This document shows positions 28,648 to 38,301 of a DNA stretch of 64,000 nt, piece by piece (the first letter of the stretch is position 1; every line of letters begins with the position of its first letter). The translations under genes were made by a program, and so were the position numbers. The notes below the pieces were generated by a model that saw nothing but the letters and a program-made list of their open reading frames with translations, searched no databases and had not been told where the DNA came from. The DNA is from an uncultured Spirochaetota bacterium (GTDB taxonomy: Bacteria; Spirochaetota; Spirochaetia; SZUA-6; Fen-1364), in assembly GCA_963745235.1 (NCBI GenBank), contig CAVUXE010000084.1:27507-91506 (forward strand), written 5' to 3'.

Positions 28648-30789
28648 GTGACAGTCTTCGGCAGGAGGTTCTCTCCTGCGATCCTCGTCTTTTCCGGCGT
28701 GTTGACGGTGCTCTGCGCCTCGACCCTCGTTTCACTGGTCCTTGCCGCTGCCGGCGCGCCAACTGCCCTCGGGGTCCCCGGGCGTTTTCTCCTTTCGAGC
28801 TTCTCCTGGGCTGCCTTCTTCGCGCCCCTGTACTTCCTGTGCGGGATACTTCTCCTTGGCGCCCCGGTCTTTCGACGCCGCTCGGCGCTGCTGCTCATGT
28901 TTTCCATCGTTCCCTTCCTCACCCTGAGCCTCATCCTGCGGGTCCTCCAGAGCCCTTCATCACTGATCCCGCAGCTCCTCGTGGATTCCTTCGGGGTGCT
29001 TCCCTCCGCGCTCCTGCTCTTCCTGCTCCTTGCCCTCGAGATGGTCTTCCTCCTGACCATGCCCTCGGGAAGGATTCGAGACATTCCCCGGAGCCCCCGG
29101 CCGCCGTCGAAAAAGCCGTTGGCGCTGCCATTGATCGCCGCGCCGCAGGCCGCACCCCTGCCGCCTTTGTCCCCGGAACCCGCATCGCTTGCGCCCCCGG
29201 AAGCCGTCCCGGTCGTCGAAGGCTTGGAGCCGGCCGCGGAAGCCATGGAGCCGAGGCGGCCTCCCCGGCGCGTTTCCGAGGAGCCGCGCAAGCGGCCTGC
29301 GGAGCCCGCCCTTGCCCCCGCCCCCGCGCGCGAGCAGGCCGAGCTTCCGTTCCCTCCCGAAAAAGGAGACAAAGCCGCATATGGCATCCCCGTGCACAAC
29401 GTGTTGAAGAACAGGGACGGGGATCAGTACTGGATCATCGACGATGAAACGAAGCGAGCCGCGCGCATCCTCACCGAGTCCCTGCGGGAGTTCAACATCG
29501 AGGCCGAGGTGACAGGGATCAGGAAAGGCCCGGTCATCACCCTTTTCGAAGTCCTTCCCGCGCCGGGGGTCCGCGTGTCGAAGATCGCGAACCTCGCGGA
29601 CAACATTGCTCTTCGTCTGGCCGCCCCCAGCGTGCGCATCGTGGCCCCCATCCCCGGCCGGCACGCGGTCGGCATCGAGGTGCCGAACAGGGTCCGCGCA
29701 ATCGTCTCCTTCAAGGAGATGATCTCACTCGATGTCATGCAGAAATCTCCCTACGAGATCCCTGTTGCCCTGGGCAAGGACATCCTGGGGGAGGCCCAGG
29801 TGATCGATCTGGTGCAGACGCCGCACCTCCTCATCGGCGGAGCCACCAACTCCGGCAAGAGCGTCCTGGTGAACTCCATCATCTGCTCCATCCTCTTTCG
29901 AAAGTCCCCCGACGAGGTGAGGCTTTTCCTGATCGACCCCAAGATCGTCGAGCTGAAGCTCTACAACGGCTGCCCTCATCTTCTGACCCCCGTGATCACG
30001 GAGCCGAAGAAGGCGTTCCAGGCCCTGCAGTACTGCATCTCGGAGATGGAGAGGCGCTACACGCTGCTGGACGCCCTGGGCGTTCGCGATGTCCGGGCGT
30101 TCAACAAGAAGGCCAGGAAGGAGCGGGTACAGCGCCTGCCGTACATCGTCATCGTGGTCGATGAGTTCGCCGACCTCATGGCGACCACCGGGAAGGAGCT
30201 CGAGTCCACGCTGGCAAGGCTTGCCGCCATGGCGCGCGCCGTGGGGATCCACATGGTCCTGGCTACGCAGCGGCCTTCCATTGACGTCATCACCGGCCTG
30301 ATCAAGGCGAACATCCCGTCGCGCATCGCTTTCATGGTGGCCAACAAGTTCGACTCCCGCATCATCATCGACGCGGTGGGCGCCGAGAAGCTCCTGGGCA
30401 AGGGCGACATGCTCTTTTCAGCGGCCTGGAACCCCTTTCCCACTCGCATCCAGGGCGCCTATATCGACGACGAGGAAACCGACTCCGTCACCGAGTACGT
30501 GAAGAAGATGGGGCCGCCGCAGTACATCGAGGATGAGGTCTTCTTCGATGACGAGGAAACGGGCGACTTCGAAGGGGAGCCGGGCAACGACCCGCTTTTC
30601 GAGCAGGCGCTCGGCATCGTGCTCGCCCAGGGCAAGGCATCCGCGTCCTACCTGCAGCGCAGGCTCAAGGTTGGATACAACCGGGCCGCCCGCCTGGTGG
30701 AGGAGATGGAAATGCGGGGCATTGTCGGGCCTGCGCAGGGCAGCAAGCCCCGGGAAATCATCCACGTGCCATCGAAAGGCGGCCAGTAG
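28648..30789 (+). CDS. ftsK: DNA translocase FtsK
   Basis: N-terminal TM helices, PHLLIGGATNSGKS, DEFADL, ATQRPS and gamma domain LQRRLKVGYNRAAR. Confidence 0.96.
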   Translation: MTVFGRRFSPAILVFSGVLTVLCASTLVSLVLAAAGAPTALGVPGRFLLSSFSWAAFFAPLYFLCGILLLGAPVFRRRSALLLMFSIVPFLTLSLILRVLQSPSSLIPQLLVDSFGVLPSALLLFLLLALEMVFLLTMPSGRIRDIPRSPRPPSKKPLALPLIAAPQAAPLPPLSPEPASLAPPEAVPVVEGLEPAAEAMEPRRPPRRVSEEPRKRPAEPALAPAPAREQAELPFPPEKGDKAAYGIPVHNVLKNRDGDQYWIIDDETKRAARILTESLREFNIEAEVTGIRKGPVITLFEVLPAPGVRVSKIANLADNIALRLAAPSVRIVAPIPGRHAVGIEVPNRVRAIVSFKEMISLDVMQKSPYEIPVALGKDILGEAQVIDLVQTPHLLIGGATNSGKSVLVNSIICSILFRKSPDEVRLFLIDPKIVELKLYNGCPHLLTPVITEPKKAFQALQYCISEMERRYTLLDALGVRDVRAFNKKARKERVQRLPYIVIVVDEFADLMATTGKELESTLARLAAMARAVGIHMVLATQRPSIDVITGLIKANIPSRIAFMVANKFDSRIIIDAVGAEKLLGKGDMLFSAAWNPFPTRIQGAYIDDEETDSVTEYVKKMGPPQYIEDEVFFDDEETGDFEGEPGNDPLFEQALGIVLAQGKASASYLQRRLKVGYNRAARLVEEMEMRGIVGPAQGSKPREIIHVPSKGGQ

Positions 30790-30815
30790 CGGACCGGGCG
30801 GGAGGCACGCAAAGC

Positions 30816-31985
30816 TTGGATTGGGCCGGCGAAAAAGTCCTGGTCATCGGGGGCTCCGGTTTCCTCGGCGCGAACCTGATTCGTTTCCTGGTCGGGGAAA
30901 AGTGCGTCCCCGCGAGGAACATCCGCTCATTCTCCGACAGGGCAAGTCGAGCCCTGAACGACCTCCCCGGGCTTGACGTGCGCAGCGGTGACATCCTCGA
31001 TCCAGCCGGCGTTGCCGAAGCCTGCAAAGGCCGCACGCTTGTGTTCCATGCGGCGGGGTCCACCACCTTTGACCCGCGGTCAAGGGAACGGCAGTGGTAT
31101 GTGAACGTCGAGGGAACACGAAACGTCCTGGAGGCAGTCGCATCCTCTGCGTCCATCCGCCGACTCTGCTACACGAGCACCGTGAACGTTCTTGGCTGCC
31201 CGTGGCCGGAAGGCTCAATCGGAACAGAGAGCTGCGATCCCTACGCCAGCCGGCCGAAGCTGCACTCGTTTGCGAGCCCGGCCGAAGCGCTTGCCCTTGC
31301 GGACGCCGTCCACCACGGCGGTGCGCGGCGCCGATGGTGGAAGCGCCTCCGGATAGCGTACTTCGACTCCAAGCTGGCCGCGCAGGAGCTCGTCAACCGG
31401 GCCGCGCTGGAGCAGGGCCTGGACGTCGTCTCCGTGCTGCCCGGCACGTTCTTCGGTCCCTCCGACGAGTTTCCCGGCCCGAGGCTCTTTCTCACGGGCG
31501 TGATGGAGAACAGGATCCCGGGTGTTCCGCGGGGAGGACTGCCCCTTGCTCACGTTCATGACGTGGCGCGTGGACACGTGTTGGCCGTGGAAAAAGGCAG
31601 ACCAGGAGCCACGTATATCCTCGGCGGTCTCCAGGAAGACAACCGCCGCTACGCCGACATGATGCGAATCATCTCCGAGGTGGTCAGTGAGAAGGAGCCG
31701 GGGAGGAAGATCAGGCATCGCTTTCGGGAAATTCCGGCCTCGGGAGCATGGTTGGCCGCGGCCCTGGACGAGGCATGGGCGGGCATCGTTGGACAACCGC
31801 CCGTCGTGACCAGGCAGGCGATTCGAGCCTCACGACGTGCCTTGTTCTATTCTTCAGCGCGGGCAGAGGGAGAGCTGGGCTACCGCGCGGCAAAGTCCTT
31901 TCGCGAGGCAGTGGGCGCGATGTACGACTCCCTGAGGCGGGCGGTGACAGATGAGGTCGCTCCTTTGCGCGGGGCCGCACCCTAG
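30816..31985 (+). CDS. NAD-dependent epimerase/dehydratase (dihydroflavonol reductase-like)
   Basis: GGSGFLG, NVEGTRNV, YFDSK and HVHDVA. Confidence 0.88.
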   Translation: MDWAGEKVLVIGGSGFLGANLIRFLVGEKCVPARNIRSFSDRASRALNDLPGLDVRSGDILDPAGVAEACKGRTLVFHAAGSTTFDPRSRERQWYVNVEGTRNVLEAVASSASIRRLCYTSTVNVLGCPWPEGSIGTESCDPYASRPKLHSFASPAEALALADAVHHGGARRRWWKRLRIAYFDSKLAAQELVNRAALEQGLDVVSVLPGTFFGPSDEFPGPRLFLTGVMENRIPGVPRGGLPLAHVHDVARGHVLAVEKGRPGATYILGGLQEDNRRYADMMRIISEVVSEKEPGRKIRHRFREIPASGAWLAAALDEAWAGIVGQPPVVTRQAIRASRRALFYSSARAEGELGYRAAKSFREAVGAMYDSLRRAVTDEVAPLRGAAP

Positions 31986-32688
31986 GGGGCGGCTACCACC
32001 ACCCTGTTGCGGCCCGTCCTCTTGGCTTCCAGGAGGGCCTGGTCTGCCGCGCGGATTGCCGCTTCGGGATCATCTCCGCGCTCCTCCGCGATGCCGATGC
32101 TGATGGTGACGCGGATCGAGCTTCCCGCAACATCGATTGCCGATTGCTCGATCACGGAGCGCAGCTTTTCCGCCGCGGCTGCCGCGCCGTTCGCGTCGGT
32201 CTCCGGGAGGAGGGCCAGGAACTCTTCCCCGCCCCACCGCACCTTGAGATCCTCGCTCCGCAGGGACGAGGCGAATGTCCGCGCCGTTTCCCGCAGGACC
32301 ATGTCCCCGACATCGTGGCCGTACTGGTCGTTCACCGCTTTGAACCTGTCGATGTCTCCCATGAGGATGCACAGGGACCTTTCGTGCCGGCGGGAACGGG
32401 AGAGCTCCGGCCGTACCCTGTCGAAGAACGCGCGGCGGTTCATGAGCCCCGTGAGATAGTCCGTGCGAACCGCCTCGTCAAGGGCGGCGTTGAGCTCTTT
32501 GAGCCTCAGCTGGTACCCGTCGCTGATGTGCACGGTCTTCATGAAAGTCCGGATCACGTGGGCGTAGCGGTCGGCGAGCTCGCGATACTGCTCCAGGAGA
32601 GGGTTCCGGTGTACGCGGGATCCGCCAGCACCTCCCGGGTTCGCTCGAGGAACGGGTCCGGATCCTGGGAGTCCCGTCTGAAGCTCAC
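31982..32688 (-). CDS. siaD: Diguanylate cyclase SiaD-like (one indel near 32605)
   Basis: GTG overlaps the siaC stop and reads ...VLADPAYTG. After a frame change it reads NPLLEQY...ISDGYQ...DYLTGLMNRR with an intact GGEEF. Confidence 0.85.
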
Positions 32689-33089
32689 TGGCCCGGTCCT
32701 TCCAGCACGATCTCGAATGGCAGCGTGACATCCTCCCGGAACTCCTCTGCCGCCTCCCGCGCCCGGTCATTCTCTTTGTCGCAGAACCACGCCACGCGCG
32801 CGGACCGCCCGCTCTTATGGGCGTTCTCCAGCAGGTCAAGGAGGTCGATCATGCACTTCGTGCTGCTCGTGTTGAGGTAGCTCAGGCGAAGCTCCAGGCA
32901 GAGCGGTGTTGAGCCTTCCCGCAGAAATTGCCGCGCCCACTCGATGATGGGGGCGAAGAAGTCGAAGGCGTTCTGCGGATAGGACTCCCCGGTCAGCTCC
33001 ATGACGCCGCGGCTCGCGTCCAGCCGCACCGTAGGTGAGGAGATGCTGCCCGCAATGATCAGATCGTTCACCATCGGCGCTCCATTCAT
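32685..33089 (-). CDS. siaC: SiaC (DUF1987) phospho-switch protein
   Basis: GESYPQNAFDFF, YLNTSSTK and AEEFRED. Confidence 0.9.
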   Translation of the reverse strand: MNGAPMVNDLIIAGSISSPTVRLDASRGVMELTGESYPQNAFDFFAPIIEWARQFLREGSTPLCLELRLSYLNTSSTKCMIDLLDLLENAHKSGRSARVAWFCDKENDRAREAAEEFREDVTLPFEIVLEGPGQ

Positions 33090-33634
33090 ATGATCACTGA
33101 CAGGCTGAAGAACCGGTACCTGTCGTCGATTTCCCGGAAGCTCCAGGAAAGGGGCCGGGTTGCCCGCCGCGCCACGTCTATCAGCCCGAGGCCGGCGCCT
33201 CCCGCGGGAAGGCGCGGCCCGCGAAGCCTCTCCTTGTACAGGGCCTTGAGCTCCGCCTTGTCCATGGCGCGCAGCTCTTCGAGGCGCAGCGCCAGGGCGC
33301 CGACGTGGGCCTGGTCCATCATGTTCCCGGCGCTGACGGCGTAGGCGTTGCCCTGCCTGCCGATGGCCAGCGTCCCGGCGTCCAGCCCGGCCTCGTCCTT
33401 CCTGTCTTTCAGCCTGCCCGTGTACGCCTGCACGTTCTGTGCAAGCTCCACGAAGACGGCAAACACGTCGGAGACGGCGGAGCGGGAGGTGGTTTCCGTT
33501 TCCAGGTAGCGCTTCACGGCGATCCCGATCTCCTCAATGATGCTGTGGGAAAACGGGCCGTTGAAACAGATGAGGACTTCCCCGTCGATGAAGCTCTTCC
33601 TGAGACCGTAGAGGTCCAGGGCTTGGGTTCGCAT
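33086..33634 (-). CDS. siaB: SiaB-family protein kinase
   Basis: FNGPFSHSIIEEIG, FVELAQNV and GGAGLGLIDVARR. Confidence 0.88.
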   Translation of the reverse strand: MRTQALDLYGLRKSFIDGEVLICFNGPFSHSIIEEIGIAVKRYLETETTSRSAVSDVFAVFVELAQNVQAYTGRLKDRKDEAGLDAGTLAIGRQGNAYAVSAGNMMDQAHVGALALRLEELRAMDKAELKALYKERLRGPRLPAGGAGLGLIDVARRATRPLSWSFREIDDRYRFFSLSVII

Positions 33635-33636
33635 TC

Positions 33637-35610
33637 TCAGTCTCCTCTTTCCGCGACGCGGAACCCGATGATGGTGATGTCGTCGCGCTGCGGGAGCGAG
33701 CCGCGCCACTTTTCAATTGCGGCTTCGATGCTCGAAAGCTGCGCGGCCAGGGGGAGGGACCAGCAGGAGGCCATGAGGATGGCCAGCCGATCGCTTCCGA
33801 ATCCGAATCCGCGCGGACCCCCGGCCAGGTCCAGGATTCCGTCGGTGGACAGGTAGAACGTGGTGGCGTCCAGGGGTACGTGAGTAACAGAAAGCTGGCC
33901 GTCGGGAGCCCGGCGGCGCGACCCGATTGACCCGCGGCCTGCCCGGATGCGCCGTGCTCCCCGTTCGCCGGCGCAGAAAAGATCGATTCCCGCCCCCGCG
34001 TAGCTCAGCGTGTTTGCATTCGGCCTGATGCGGCACAGGGCAATGTCCAGGCCTCGCTGGCTTCCCGGGCCGCCAGCATCCTCACCGAGGTTGCTCCGTA
34101 TGCTCACATCCAGCTCGTCGATGAGGGCGGCCGGGTCGACTCCAGCCCTGCGGGCCGCAATGGCCTCCAGAGCGGACTCCGTGTACATGCTCATGAGGGC
34201 GCCCGAGACTCCGTGCCCCGTGCAGTCCGCTATGCCCAGGAGAAACGAGTCACCATCATCGCGGAAGAAGTAGAAGTCTCCGCCAACGCGATATCTCGGG
34301 CGAAAGAGGATGAACCGCTCGGGCAGGCGTCGTTCCAGGGCCCGCCCGCCGGGCAGGATGGAGCGCTGGATGATGTCCGCATACTCGAGGTCCTCCACCA
34401 TGCGGGCGTTCGCCTCCGCAAGCTGCTGCGTCCGCTCCCTGACCTGGCGCTCCAGGTTTTCCGTGGCCGCCTGAACCTCGCCGGCCATCGTGGAGAAGGA
34501 GGTGGCGAGTGCGCCGATCTCCCCGACCCCCGCCGCCGGAAGGGCAAGGTCGTACCGGCCCCTGGCCATCTCCCCGGCTGCCGTCGTCAGGGCGCCGAGA
34601 GGCATCAGGATGAGCCGATCCACTGACAATGCCAGCGCCACCAGGAGCAGCGCAAGGGCGGCCAGGAAGACCACCAGGATGGCCGCGAAGCTTCGGACCG
34701 TGAGAAACCTGGCAAGATCCACGGCGGCAATGATCGTCCAGCCTCCAAGGCCGGGGAGGGCGGAGGCCGCCACGAGGCTTCGTGAGCCCTCGAAGCTGAT
34801 CCTCGTGGTGCGGACCGTCGTGGGGTCCGCGCCGGCCCCGCGGAGAAGCTCGCTCAGCGCCGTCCTGTCATGCGGGGAACCTGCCAGGTCAACTGCCCTC
34901 ACCTTGGCTTTCCCGGTCCAGGTCCGCGCGTTTCGCTCCAGGTAGTCGAGGTCCCGGGAGGCCGTGATGCTCCCCTGGTCATCGACGAGCATGACGGACA
35001 GTCCTTCCCGGGCCGCGCGGCCGAGGTCGGCAAGAAAGGCCGTGATGTCGATTGCGCTTCCCGCAACGGCAATCGGGCGGCCGCCGTCACGCACCACGCA
35101 GTTGATCCACACCTTCGTGACATGGAGGTTGGTGTCGTAGTCGAGGTTGAGCTCCCAGTCCTTCTGCAAGCGGAGCGTGCGGAAGAACCAGGCGTCTGAC
35201 AGCGCGCCGGGACTGAGCGTGACGACGACCCGCCGCCCGTCCGACGGCTCGTTGTAGTAGGTGTTGCTGGAGGCAATGGCCACGAAATAGCTGTGGTCCC
35301 CGAAGGCCCGACGGTAGCTCTCCAGCTCTGCCCGGGCTGCAGCGGCCTTTACGGGATTTCCCTCATCCAGGATCCACGCCTTGACGACAGGAGAGTCAGC
35401 CAGCTTGCGGGCCAGCACGACCTCCGGCTCCACCATGCCCATGATCCGCGCCGTTGCCAGCTGCGTGTTGGTCTGGGCAAACCGGGTCCCCAGGGACTCG
35501 ACAATCCCCTGCGCCGTGGCGAAGAAGAGGATGAAGGATATGATCCCCGCGGCCAGGAACAGGGTGAAAGCGAAAAGGAGAAACCGTGTCTTGAGCCCCC
35601 AGGAGCGCAT
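33637..35610 (-). CDS. siaA: SiaA: extracytoplasmic sensor + HAMP + PP2C/SpoIIE phosphatase
   Basis: Two TM helices, HAMP, VGGDFY, ADCTGHGVSGA, STDG and RDDIT. Confidence 0.9.
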   Translation of the reverse strand: MRSWGLKTRFLLFAFTLFLAAGIISFILFFATAQGIVESLGTRFAQTNTQLATARIMGMVEPEVVLARKLADSPVVKAWILDEGNPVKAAAARAELESYRRAFGDHSYFVAIASSNTYYNEPSDGRRVVVTLSPGALSDAWFFRTLRLQKDWELNLDYDTNLHVTKVWINCVVRDGGRPIAVAGSAIDITAFLADLGRAAREGLSVMLVDDQGSITASRDLDYLERNARTWTGKAKVRAVDLAGSPHDRTALSELLRGAGADPTTVRTTRISFEGSRSLVAASALPGLGGWTIIAAVDLARFLTVRSFAAILVVFLAALALLLVALALSVDRLILMPLGALTTAAGEMARGRYDLALPAAGVGEIGALATSFSTMAGEVQAATENLERQVRERTQQLAEANARMVEDLEYADIIQRSILPGGRALERRLPERFILFRPRYRVGGDFYFFRDDGDSFLLGIADCTGHGVSGALMSMYTESALEAIAARRAGVDPAALIDELDVSIRSNLGEDAGGPGSQRGLDIALCRIRPNANTLSYAGAGIDLFCAGERGARRIRAGRGSIGSRRRAPDGQLSVTHVPLDATTFYLSTDGILDLAGGPRGFGFGSDRLAILMASCWSLPLAAQLSSIEAAIEKWRGSLPQRDDITIIGFRVAERGD

Positions 35611-35615
35611 GATTC

Positions 35616-36335
35616 CTACGCGTGACCAATCAGCGGCAGCCGCACGCCGTTGATTGTACCAGCATCGTCAGAGCAGAGGAAGAGCATGGCCGCGGCGATC
35701 TCCGCCGCCGGTGTCGACCTGCCATAGGACTTCTTCGGCGCGGCGCCGTGCAGCCCCGCCTCGGCCTCTACCTCTATGCTGTCCACCACGATCAGGTTTG
35801 CGGTTGCCCCGGTGCCGCCAAGCTCATTGGCAAGGGCCAGCACCAGGGCATCGGAGGCGGATTTCGCCATCGCGTACAACGCATTCTTCCCGGTGGGCGC
35901 CTGGGCGCGCGGGGAGGTTACCGCGAGGAACCGTCCCCATCCGCTGGACGACAGGGGCCGGGCGAATGCCCTCACCACGTTGAGCGTTGTCCTCACCAGC
36001 ATGGCGTGCAGGAAATCCCAGTCCGCGTTGACGATTTCGCTGACGCTCGTCCCTCCTTTGTAGCCTCCCACAAGGTGAACCACGATGTCCACGCGGCCAA
36101 ACGTCCCGACCACCTGGCCGGCCCACCCTCGGGCACCGGCCTCATCCGCCAGGTCCACCGCCGTTGCCATTCGCCGTTCCCGCGGCGCCCCCAGGGCATC
36201 GAGCAGTCCGATGAGCTTCTGGTCGTCCCGGCCCGCCAGGGCGAGGGCCGCGCCGGCGTCGTGAAAAGCGCGGGCAACGGTGGGACCAAGCCCGCCCGCG
36301 GCGCCGGAGATCGCTGCGACTTTGTCCTTCAACAT
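35616..36335 (-). CDS. Short-chain dehydrogenase/reductase
   Basis: SGAAGGLG and YAMAK. Confidence 0.88.
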   Translation of the reverse strand: MLKDKVAAISGAAGGLGPTVARAFHDAGAALALAGRDDQKLIGLLDALGAPRERRMATAVDLADEAGARGWAGQVVGTFGRVDIVVHLVGGYKGGTSVSEIVNADWDFLHAMLVRTTLNVVRAFARPLSSSGWGRFLAVTSPRAQAPTGKNALYAMAKSASDALVLALANELGGTGATANLIVVDSIEVEAEAGLHGAAPKKSYGRSTPAAEIAAAMLFLCSDDAGTINGVRLPLIGHA

Positions 36336-36401
36336 TTCCCAAAGGTACAGGCTTGCCGCGACCGTTGGCAATCGCTACTCTACGGGCCCACAGGGAGCGC
36401 T

Positions 36402-37094
36402 ATGGACACGGCGTTACGTCGGTTGGAGTTCTGGAGCGGAGTTCGAGACGAATCCCCCATCCTCCTCGGGGTGGTCCCGTTCGGCATGATCTTCGGGGCG
36501 CTCGCCATTACCTCGGGGCTTTCAACCGCGGCCGCGCAGGCCATGTCCTCCATCGTCTTCGCAGGCTCAGCCCAGTTCATTGCGGCGCAACTCCTCGGGG
36601 CGGACGCCTCGGGGATCGTCATCCTCATGGTCGTCTTTGTCGTGAACCTTCGCCATGCCCTGTACAGCGCGTCAGTGGCCCCGCACGTGGAAGACCTCCG
36701 GCCCGGCTGGAAGCTCATGCTCGCCTACCTTCTCACCGACGAGGCCTACGCGGTCACCATCACCCATTACAACAGCCGTGGAGAGGCTCGCGCCCGGCAC
36801 TGGTATTTCCTGGGCGCCGGGCTGACCCTGTGGGCATCCTGGCAGCTCAGCACTGCCGTGGGCATCTTCATCGGAGCGCAGATTCCCCGCAGCTGGCCGC
36901 TGGGCTTCGTCCTCCCCATCACATTCATCGCGCTCGTCGTGCCCGGCTTGAAGGACGGGGCGGGAGTGGCGGCCGCCGTGATTGCCGGTGTGCTTGGCCT
37001 CGCGGCCGCGGGTCTTCCGTACAAGACCGGCATCATCGTCGCCGCCCTGGTGGGGATCCTGGTCGGCATGCTCGTGGAAGGGCGCAAGCAGTGA
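36402..37094 (+). CDS. azlC: AzlC-family amino acid exporter
   Basis: FAGSAQF, NLRHALY and LTDEAYA. Confidence 0.92.
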   Translation: MDTALRRLEFWSGVRDESPILLGVVPFGMIFGALAITSGLSTAAAQAMSSIVFAGSAQFIAAQLLGADASGIVILMVVFVVNLRHALYSASVAPHVEDLRPGWKLMLAYLLTDEAYAVTITHYNSRGEARARHWYFLGAGLTLWASWQLSTAVGIFIGAQIPRSWPLGFVLPITFIALVVPGLKDGAGVAAAVIAGVLGLAAAGLPYKTGIIVAALVGILVGMLVEGRKQ

Positions 37095-37408
37095 GCCTCT
37101 GGCTGACAATGGTTCTCGCCGGCCTGCTCACGTACGCCATCCGGCTGTCCTTCATCGTGCTCCTTGGGCGCTTCGCGGTTCCGGACTGGTTTCGGCGCGC
37201 GCTGCGCTTTGTTCCGGCCGCCGTGCTTTCCGCCCTCATCGTCCCCGGCCTTTTCGACCGGGCAGGCGCGATGGACTTCTCCGCGCGAAACCCGCAGATC
37301 TGGGCCGGGATCCTTGCAATCGCGGTGGCATGGCGCACGAAAAACGTCCTGCTTACAATTGCCGCCGGGATGGTTGCGCTGCTGGCCCTGCAGCTGATGA
37401 TGGGGTAA
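37091..37408 (+). CDS. azlD: AzlD-family protein
   Basis: TYAIR...LRFVPAAVLSALI, with GTGA overlap to azlC. Confidence 0.9.
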   Translation: MSLWLTMVLAGLLTYAIRLSFIVLLGRFAVPDWFRRALRFVPAAVLSALIVPGLFDRAGAMDFSARNPQIWAGILAIAVAWRTKNVLLTIAAGMVALLALQLMMG

Positions 37409-37532
37409 CCCGGTCTTCCCATGAAGCAATAAATCCCTTTCCGGCCCGTCATAGAAGGGGGCGGGTGCAAAAGCGCCCCCTCGAGGTGTTACACTGGAAC
37501 AGGAGATGCCAGACTCCGGCTCGCATCTGCCC

Positions 37533-37553
37533 TTGTTTACACGCTGTTAACAA
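37533..37553. promoter_or_regulatory. AT-rich imperfect palindrome (candidate operator) upstream of the ABC operon
   Basis: TTGTTTACACGCTGTTAACAA, downstream of a TG-n-TACACT extended -10 at about 37487-37495. Confidence 0.45.
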
Positions 37554-37590
37554 AGAGGTTCGACATTACCTTGTGCAAGGAGATTTCGCC

Positions 37591-38292
37591 ATGAACGTGA
37601 TCGAGCTGAGGAACGTGAAGAAAGACTATCCCCTGGGGGCTACCACGGTGCACGCCCTGCGAGGGGTGGACCTGGCCATCAAGGAGGGGGACTTCATCTC
37701 CATCGTGGGCCCTTCGGGGAGCGGAAAGACCACGCTGCTCAACATCATCGGGTGCATCGACCACGCCTCCGAGGGGGAGGTGAAGATCCACGAGGAGGAT
37801 GTGACCACCTACACCGACCGCCGGCTCACCGACCTGCGGCTGCACACCATCGGGTTCATCTTCCAGACCTTCAACCTGATCCCGGTCTTGACTACGCGGG
37901 AGAACGTGGAGTTTCCGCTTCTGCTGATGAAGGAAGGGCTGTCACGGCGGGAGATTCGCGAGCGGGCGGAGAAGCTGATCGACGAGGTGGGGCTGACCGA
38001 GCAGATCAACCACAAGCCCTACGAGCTGTCGGGGGGGCAGAGGCAGCGAGTGGCAATTGCGCGCGCCCTGGTGACGCGGCCGACGATCGTCCTGGCGGAC
38101 GAGCCCACGGCGAACCTGGACAGCGAGACAGGGGAGATGATCCTGAAGCTGATGAAGGAGCTGAACAGGATAGAGAAGACGACGTTCATCTTCTCCACGC
38201 ATGACGCGGACATTCTGAAATACGCAAACGGCGTGGTGAAGATCAAGGACGGGCTGATGGTTCACGACGGGCGCGGCCCTGCGGCGAACTGA
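37591..38292 (+). CDS. ABC transporter ATP-binding protein (LolD/MacB type)
   Basis: [25 protein letters not shown] and STHD. Confidence 0.95.
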   Translation: MNVIELRNVKKDYPLGATTVHALRGVDLAIKEGDFISIVGPSGSGKTTLLNIIGCIDHASEGEVKIHEEDVTTYTDRRLTDLRLHTIGFIFQTFNLIPVLTTRENVEFPLLLMKEGLSRREIRERAEKLIDEVGLTEQINHKPYELSGGQRQRVAIARALVTRPTIVLADEPTANLDSETGEMILKLMKELNRIEKTTFIFSTHDADILKYANGVVKIKDGLMVHDGRGPAAN

Positions 38293-38301
38293 GGCGGAGA
38301 C

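Noticed and set aside
35622-38292. ORF-track N-terminal extensions of azlC, azlD and the ABC ATPase
   Set aside because: The extensions overlap other real genes. SD- or overlap-supported starts are 36402, 37091 and 37591.
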